Source: an uncultured Verrucomicrobiae bacterium (GTDB taxonomy: Bacteria; Verrucomicrobiota; Verrucomicrobiia; Chthoniobacterales; UBA10450). Taken from it: a DNA stretch of 64,000 nt. The position numbers and the translations under genes were made by a program. Of the stretch, positions 59,401-64,000 are shown in pieces. Where the stretch lies: contig CAWIBO010000002.1 of assembly GCA_963834385.1 (NCBI GenBank), positions 768,001 through 832,000 on the forward strand, given 5' to 3'. The notes under the pieces were generated by a model, which had not been told where the DNA came from, made no database searches, and saw only the letters and a list, made by a program, of their open reading frames with translations. Numbering within the stretch: the first letter of the stretch is position 1; each line of letters begins with the position of its first letter.

Positions 59401-59597
59401 TCCGTGATCTCGGCCGTGCGCTCCTCCCAGTCCACCTGGTCGAACGGCGCCACGTTCCCCGAGGAGAACACCCGCTTGAAACGGAGCCCGCTACTTTTCT
59501 TCTTCGACTGGCGCGAACTGGTCGTTTTGCTCCGCGCGCTTTTCTTGGTCGACTTGGTCAGGGTGGAAGGTTGGAGACCGGCTTTAAGTTGGATCAT
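56463..59597 (-). CDS. nrdJ: Vitamin B12-dependent (class II) ribonucleotide reductase with C-terminal TSCPD-like domain and zinc ribbon
   Basis: FNSPVWFN, SACFI, GGKTRRAAKM, TNPCSEY, ACNLASLNL, LAPTGTI, GAISKTVNMP and IYRD; C-terminal C..CG....C..CG...GCS. Confidence 0.94.
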   Translation of the reverse strand: MIQLKAGLQPSTLTKSTKKSARSKTTSSRQSKKKSSGLRFKRVFSSGNVAPFDQVDWEERTAEITDDSGKVIFKQEKIEVPKSWSPLATKIAVSKYFYGDIANGTDPHKGGRETSVRQLIHRVTRTITDWGIADGYFADSETAETFYDELTWLCLNQHGAFNSPVWFNVGLYHQYGIGRDAGAGNYYYNRSTGQAERAASQYEYPQGSACFIQSVQDTMEDIMRLAMSEAMLFKYGSGTGSDLSTLRSTREKLSGGGKPSGPLSFLKVYDQVANVVKSGGKTRRAAKMNTLKDWHPDVEEFIEAKQREERKAWALIEQGYDGSYNGDAYGSVMYQNENLSLRVSDDFMEAAVEGREWQTRRVIDGKLCETKDARTLLRKIAEGTHVCGDPGMQFDSTIHKWHTCKGTARQNSTNPCSEYLFLDNTACNLASLNLMKFKDAEGHFDAERFKAAVRIYITAQEILVDNASYPIKEIAENSHIFRTLGLGYANLGSLIMSYGYGYDSDEARALCGAITAIMTGESYHQSAALARAMGPFAGYRDARCSGVDKPEAKDNVAAMQEVIELHRAATAEIGASEEFAFLKEEAIASWDRAAALGKRHGYRNAQVTVLAPTGTISFLMDCDTTGIEPDIALVKYKLLAGGGMLKIVNQTVKPALEKLGYNSEEVEGIIAHIDAFDTIEDVLDTDGSTISSGLRNEHLPIFDCAFKPANGKRSLGYMGHLRMMAAAQPFLSGAISKTVNMPEAASVDEIMHTYIEGWKLGLKAIAIYRDNSKRSAPLNVKKTRDMGGTAGDPALDAGVSREMLDQRILELEEEIAALRGRPVRHRMPDTRMSLTHKFEIAGHEGYITVGLYEDGQPGELFIQMAKEGSTIGGLMDTVATLTSLSLQYGVPLESMVKKFAYQRFEPSGFTKNPDIRNATSITDYVFRWLGCQFIKGYKEATSPHRGQSELPMKEIPEMEKKALNRPVADLSRTAEKEVLDVVMNHAPNEGKPSNGHLETYADRVKEALGNMFMDVACSHCGSDKVIRAGACGVCTECGTSQGCS

Positions 59598-59618
59598 GGG
59601 TGTCGGGAGGGCTGAAAA

Positions 59619-59671
59619 TGTGGATAACTGCCTGGGATCTGCGCACAACCCCGCCAACAACCTGTGGACAA
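59619..59671. promoter_or_regulatory. DnaA boxes upstream of nrdJ
   Basis: TGTGGATAA at 59619-59627 is a perfect TTATCCACA on the minus strand; TGTGGACAA at 59663-59671 has one mismatch. Confidence 0.6.
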
Positions 59672-59678
59672 CGTCCAA

Positions 59679-59725
59679 CAACAAGCTATTGGGGAGCCAT
59701 CCGCCGGACGCACAAGATGCAGCAG
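59679..59725. promoter_or_regulatory. Putative tandem NrdR boxes
   Basis: Cores caagctattg (59682) and caagatgcag (59713) match CWATATATWG at 8/10 and 7/10 and lie 31 nt apart, upstream of an RNR gene. Confidence 0.5.
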
Positions 59726-60109
59726 TGGCGGCCCGGGCGGCAAGCCAGAAATTGTTACATTTTTTCCAGAATCGTTGCGAAAAAATGGCGGTTTTTAGAA
59801 ACGGCTGCCCAGGGGCTGATCCGGCCGCGGCAGGAGCTGCGCGGCGAACTCTGTAGGCCGTTCAGGATTAGTCACATGGGAGTTCACGGGTTCTCTCTTG
59901 CGTCTCGCTCCCGGCGCCTTTTTCCCGACTTTCCCGCCCCTGCCGTTGCCCTTGGCCGTTCCTGGCCCGCCCCTTTTCTGAATCTGCACGGAGCCTCCGG
60001 CCAAGACTTCAGCGTCGTACTGCTGCGGTCGTCAGGCAGCCGCATCTCGCCGCTCTCGCGGCGGTTGATTTCCGGGCGTCTTGTTGGATGGTCCTCCTCC
60101 GGCAAACCA

Positions 60110-60198
60110 GGAAGGGTGGCTGAGTCCGGTTTAAGGCACTCGACTCGAAATCGAGCGTGGGGTTAAACTCACCGTGGGTTCGAATCCCACCCCTTCCG
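60110..60198 (+). tRNA. tRNA-Ser(CGA)
   Basis: Acceptor stem ggaaggg/cccttcc; anticodon arm ctcga-ct-CGA-aa-tcgag; long variable arm; T-loop gttcgaatc. Confidence 0.95.
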
Positions 60199-60256
60199 CC
60201 GGGGAATTCTCGATTGGCGATTCGATCGCACCGGCCTCCTTCTTCTCCACCGGTTT

Positions 60257-60374
60257 CCTCTGCGTCCTCAGCGTCCTCTGCGTCTCCGCGGTGAAATGCC
60301 TGGCGTGGCTTGCTCCCAGGCTCGACAGAGTCTCGCCCTACCTTCTCTGTGCCCTCTGTGATCTCTGTGGTGAA
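60257..60374. repeat. Composite repeat: nonamer arrays flanking a GTAG-type REP arm
   Basis: cctctgcgt-cctcagcgt-cctctgcgt-ctccgcggtgaa, then caggctcgacagagtctcgccctacc (60317-60342), then ctctgtgccctctgtgatctctgtggtgaa. Confidence 0.85.
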
Positions 60375-60420
60375 CGCAGGGCTTGCCTTTGGCACTGCTG
60401 ATGCTCATGGTTGCTCCTCG

Positions 60421-61116
60421 ATGATTCAGGCGAATTGTCGGGCGCGGTTTACCGCGGAGGATTTCGATTTTGTCGTGCGCGCCCTCGCGCGTTCCCGGTC
60501 GGACCGGGTTTCCCTAGTTGACCTGCTGGGCGACGGCGAAACCCGCGACCAGATCCTGGATCATCCCCGCCTGGTCGAGGCGATTCTTTCCGGCCCGAGT
60601 CATCTCGCCATCTCCTCCCAATTTTACTTTTACGTCCTGGCCCGGCACGTCCTGCAAAAGGTCGGAGTGCGCGACCGCAAACTTTGCGATTACATCGCTT
60701 CCCTGCTCGAGACTTTCTCGCGGGTGAACAAACTGCGGGTGCCGCTCATCGCCGACGAACGCGGCCGGCAGTACATCTCCGACCTGCTCATTGCCCTCAG
60801 CCAGGCCACCCCGGAGCAGGCCTTTCTCATCCGGGTGCACGTGGGCAACTACGCCCTTTTTGTCACCGGCATTTTTCACGAGAACACCGAATGCCGGAGT
60901 CGAAGGGGCGCGCCTGACCTGAAATTCTACGAGGAGATCGGGCGGACGAACTACGGCCTGGTGGCCTCGCACGCGACCGCGCGCCGGTGTGAGCTGAACG
61001 ATGTTTACGAGGAGCTGGCGGCGCGGTTTCGCGAGGTCCGCCTGGCCCTGAACCGGCTCTCGGAGGAACTGCTCAACCTGGACGGTGATTTCATCCCGCG
61101 GCTCACGGGCCCATGA
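60421..61116 (+). CDS. Hypothetical protein
   Basis: ATG at 60421 (MIQANCRARF); globular helical sequence with GNYALFVTGIF; overlaps the next gene (ATGA). Confidence 0.75.
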   Translation: MIQANCRARFTAEDFDFVVRALARSRSDRVSLVDLLGDGETRDQILDHPRLVEAILSGPSHLAISSQFYFYVLARHVLQKVGVRDRKLCDYIASLLETFSRVNKLRVPLIADERGRQYISDLLIALSQATPEQAFLIRVHVGNYALFVTGIFHENTECRSRRGAPDLKFYEEIGRTNYGLVASHATARRCELNDVYEELAARFREVRLALNRLSEELLNLDGDFIPRLTGP

Positions 61117-61844
61117 ACAACGAAACACTTTTTTCCCAGATCCAGCGGCTTTTCGAGCGCACCTATGTGCAGGTCGGGATCAACCTCGAGGATTGCCTGA
61201 TCGACCAGGCCCGCTGCCGGCAGCTGACCCGGGCCGCGGGCGCCTCGGCCCGGGAGTTGAGCGAGCTGGCCCGGACTTTCCTGCGTCGGGCAGACGACCA
61301 GCTTTACGTCGGCATCTACTATTCGCGCTGGCTGATCGAGCAGCTCGAGCGGCACGATCCGCGGCTGGGCCTGAGCGACCGGAACATTCGTTCGCTCATC
61401 ATGTTCGTGGAGGAGATCAACCATGCCCTGCACGCGGCGATCGAGTTCAAGAACGGGCGGCGCGAGATCGCCGGCGAGGATTTTGCGCGCAACCTCGAGC
61501 TGCAGGCGCGGGTCGACACTTATCTCGTCCTGCTTCTTTTCGTCGCTTTCTTCCGGAAAACCCAGCGGGTTTCCCGGGCCGATCGCCGCTGGCTGCGGTT
61601 TCATCTTTTCACCGCGCAAACGCCCAATGCCTACTGCGATGAAACGCTCCGGGGGCGTTACCTCGAGACCACCCGGCTCGCCTCAAGTTACACCCGTTAC
61701 CTCGACACCATCAACGGCCTGCGCCGCCTCGAGGAGATCCGGCGTTTTCGTTCACTCGATTACGCCGCGAAAAAAGAGCGCGTCCTTGCCCTCATGGATG
61801 CGCCCCCGGCTCCCGGTGAAGCGGCCCCGCCGCCCGCTCCCTGA
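61113..61844 (+). CDS. Hypothetical protein, possibly an atypical zincin-like metalloprotein
   Basis: EEINHALH followed about 25 aa later by LELQARVD. Confidence 0.72.
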   Translation: MNNETLFSQIQRLFERTYVQVGINLEDCLIDQARCRQLTRAAGASARELSELARTFLRRADDQLYVGIYYSRWLIEQLERHDPRLGLSDRNIRSLIMFVEEINHALHAAIEFKNGRREIAGEDFARNLELQARVDTYLVLLLFVAFFRKTQRVSRADRRWLRFHLFTAQTPNAYCDETLRGRYLETTRLASSYTRYLDTINGLRRLEEIRRFRSLDYAAKKERVLALMDAPPAPGEAAPPPAP

Positions 61845-61846
61845 CC

Positions 61847-62317
61847 TCAGGGCGCTTTCTTCGGCGCTTCCTCTTTCTTGGCGCCACCGGTAATGGCCGA
61901 CTCGAGTTCCGGGAGATTGGCCTGGACGCGGCTCTGACCCAGTTGCGCCCCCTTGGTCATGAGCACCGGCATTTTCTCGACCATCTTCCGGCCGGTCGGC
62001 GTCTGGTAAAACTTGTTCATCTCGTTCAGTTCCGCCTCCGTGAACTCAGCCGTGTAGAGGTTGATCACGTCGTTCTTCAGTGCGGCCCAGCCCATGTGCT
62101 TGGTCAGGAAGGCCCGGATCTTTTCCTGGTGCGGAGCGAGCTGCGGATTGGATTGCACCTGCAGCGCCAGCATCTGGTCGATCGATTGGGTCAACATCTT
62201 CTCCATGTCGAGTGTGACGAGGAACACCTCGGCGGCCTTGCGCTGGCTGGCGTCGTCAGCGCGCGCGGGCAAAACAAAAAGACAAAGGGCAAGGAGAAGG
62301 AGAACCGGATTTTTCAT
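61847..62317 (-). CDS. DUF2059-like exported protein
   Basis: Signal peptide; LY..EFTEAEL....FYQTPTGRK. Confidence 0.85.
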   Translation of the reverse strand: MKNPVLLLLALCLFVLPARADDASQRKAAEVFLVTLDMEKMLTQSIDQMLALQVQSNPQLAPHQEKIRAFLTKHMGWAALKNDVINLYTAEFTEAELNEMNKFYQTPTGRKMVEKMPVLMTKGAQLGQSRVQANLPELESAITGGAKKEEAPKKAP

Positions 62318-62426
62318 GGGCGGATGCTGCGTGCTCCCGGGGCCGGCGGCAAGCTATTCTTCCGCGGAATTGCTGCCCGGGCCGTTTCCGTTTGTGCCGG
62401 GCGCGGCCTTCGTTTAAAACAGGGCG

Positions 62427-63299
62427 ATGTTCTCCCTCACCACGCTCGGCAGCGGCAGCGCGGGAAACAGCGCCCTGGTCCAGACGTCGCATTGCCGCAT
62501 CCTCGTGGACGGCGGACTGAGCGCGCGGCAACTGACACAGCGGCTCGAGCTTTGCGGGCTGAGGCCGGACCAGCTCGATGGCGTCCTCCTGACCCACGAG
62601 CATGGCGACCATGTCTGCGGGCTCGAGGTGCTATGCCGGAAACACCACGTCCCGATCTACACCAACGCCCTCACGGCCGAGGCGATCCGCTGCGGGAGCA
62701 CGCTCGACCAACACCGCAACTGGCGCATCTTCCAGACCGGCGCGGAATTTTCCATCTGCGATATCACGGTGCAAACGTTCCCCGTGCCGCACGACGCGGT
62801 GGATCCGGTCGGGTTCGCTTTTCATGCCGGGCGCAGCAGCCTCGGTTTCATCACCGACCTTGGTTACCCGACGAAGATGCTGGTGGAACGCCTGCGCGAA
62901 GTGCACACCCTCGTGATCGAGACGAACCACGATGAAAAACTGCTCCAGGCCGATCCGCATCGGCCCTGGCCGGTGAAACAGCGGATCATGTCGCGCCACG
63001 GCCATCTCTCCAACGTCGCCGCCGCCGGCGTGATCGAGCAATTGCTCCCGGGAAAAGTGCGGCGCATCGTCCTGGGCCATCTCAGCCGCGACTGCAACAC
63101 CCCCGCTCTCGCCGCCGGGGCCGTGCAGGCGCTCCTGCAAAAGACCGACCGGACCGAGATCGAAGTTTTCTGCGCCGATCAACGCCAGCTCAGCCCCTGT
63201 TTTGCCATCGGCGAAACGGGCGGCGGCGCTTTCCAGTCTTCGTTTGACGGTCTCTTCCTGCCGGGACCGGAGACGGTCCGTTCGCGCCGGGCGGCCTAG
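62427..63299 (+). CDS. MBL-fold metallo-hydrolase, YycJ/WalJ-like
   Basis: Motifs LGSGSAGN, THEHGDH, PHDAVDP, TDLG, ETNHD, GHLSN and GHLSRDCN. Confidence 0.9.
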   Translation: MFSLTTLGSGSAGNSALVQTSHCRILVDGGLSARQLTQRLELCGLRPDQLDGVLLTHEHGDHVCGLEVLCRKHHVPIYTNALTAEAIRCGSTLDQHRNWRIFQTGAEFSICDITVQTFPVPHDAVDPVGFAFHAGRSSLGFITDLGYPTKMLVERLREVHTLVIETNHDEKLLQADPHRPWPVKQRIMSRHGHLSNVAAAGVIEQLLPGKVRRIVLGHLSRDCNTPALAAGAVQALLQKTDRTEIEVFCADQRQLSPCFAIGETGGGAFQSSFDGLFLPGPETVRSRRAA

Positions 63300-63305
63300 G
63301 GAGAG

Positions 63306-63680
63306 CTAATCCTCGTCGCCCACCACGAGGTGGATCGTGCCGGCCGGGCTCGAGACCCAGAACCCGTCGAAATCCTCCCGCAACTGCTCCACTTCATCCC
63401 GGCGCGGAACGCCGTTCACTTTTAAATAGGAAGCGGCCGCCTCGGTGTCGTTGGTCTGCAGTTCCAGCCAGATATCGGGATGGCTCAGGTTGGGGACCCG
63501 GTCGAGCCAGAGCCGGATGTTGCCGAACTGAAAAACGCTTCCCTCCGGTTCCTCCTCCAGCAACGGCAACCCGATGGTGTCCCGGTAAAAGGCCAGGGTG
63601 GCCTCGTAGGTATGGTAGGGGCACTTGATGGCGATGTTCACGCCCCCGGAAAACTGCGGGTTGTTGAAATTGGCGACCAC
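63306..63680 (-). CDS. VOC/glyoxalase family protein
   Basis: AFYRDTIGL, IWLEL and FWVSSPAG pattern. Confidence 0.75.
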   Translation of the reverse strand: MVANFNNPQFSGGVNIAIKCPYHTYEATLAFYRDTIGLPLLEEEPEGSVFQFGNIRLWLDRVPNLSHPDIWLELQTNDTEAAASYLKVNGVPRRDEVEQLREDFDGFWVSSPAGTIHLVVGDED

Positions 63681-63711
63681 GGGAAAACTATAAGCGACGG
63701 CGGCCGACCTG

Positions 63712-64000
63712 CTAGCCCCCGGCCGATCCTTCCCCGCCCGGCTCGGTCATCGACCAGGGATCAAGCGCCGCGTTCAATTCCTCTTCCGGCAGCACCTTTT
63801 TTTCCCGGCAAAGCTCGCGCACGGTGCGCCCGGTTTTCGCGCTCTCCTTGGCGATCTCGGCCGCCCGATCATACCCGATCCTGGGGGCGAGGCTGGTGAC
63901 CATGGCCATGGAAAGTTCCACCAATTCCTGGCAGCGTTCCTCGTTCGCCTCGATCCCGCCTACGCATTTATCGCAGAGAATGCCGGCGACGTTGGCCAGC
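63712..64000 (-). CDS. fumC: Class II fumarate hydratase (or aspartase-family lyase), 3' end only
   Basis: CVGGIEANEERC..VELSMAMVTSLAPRIGYDRAAEIAKES..LDPWSMT. Confidence 0.8.
   Translation of the reverse strand, partial: LANVAGILCDKCVGGIEANEERCQELVELSMAMVTSLAPRIGYDRAAEIAKESAKTGRTVRELCREKKVLPEEELNAALDPWSMTEPGGEGSAGG

Noticed and set aside
59726..60109. Riboswitch, ncRNA or oriC in the nrdJ-tRNA gap
   Set aside because: No cobalamin-riboswitch core motifs or AT-rich unwinding element were recognised, and there are too few DnaA boxes with no dnaA nearby. An Rfam scan would be needed to exclude an RNA.

Overview
GC-rich chromosomal window, most likely from a Verrucomicrobiota (Chthoniobacterales-like) genome. 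The taxonomy is inferred from the fused double UvrA, the pilin style and the gene content. Most of the window is housekeeping: a PcrA/UvrD helicase, malQ, mdh, purC, purD, an RlmI-like methyltransferase, gatCA, mazG, pckG, lgt, ExbB/ExbD/TonB, an ATP-dependent ligase, rnc, thiD, secG, uvrA, ilvC, nrdJ, the 3' end of fumC, tRNA-Thr(CGT) and tRNA-Ser(CGA). Two things stand out. (1) A double-length UvrA carries four related GTAG-type palindromic (REPIN-like) elements inserted in frame, which are translated as extra peptide loops. (2) A tandem array of three type IV pilin-like genes, with a sigma54-like promoter, is surrounded by a TMTC-like GT-C/TPR protein, three further GT-C membrane glycosyltransferases and two GT2 enzymes, forming a candidate pilin glycosylation locus. 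Several other families of intergenic palindromic and short tandem repeats occur, and DnaA boxes plus possible NrdR boxes lie upstream of nrdJ. Eight clear frameshifts in otherwise intact genes are all +1 and are probably sequencing errors. No CRISPR array, transposase, integrase or rRNA was seen.
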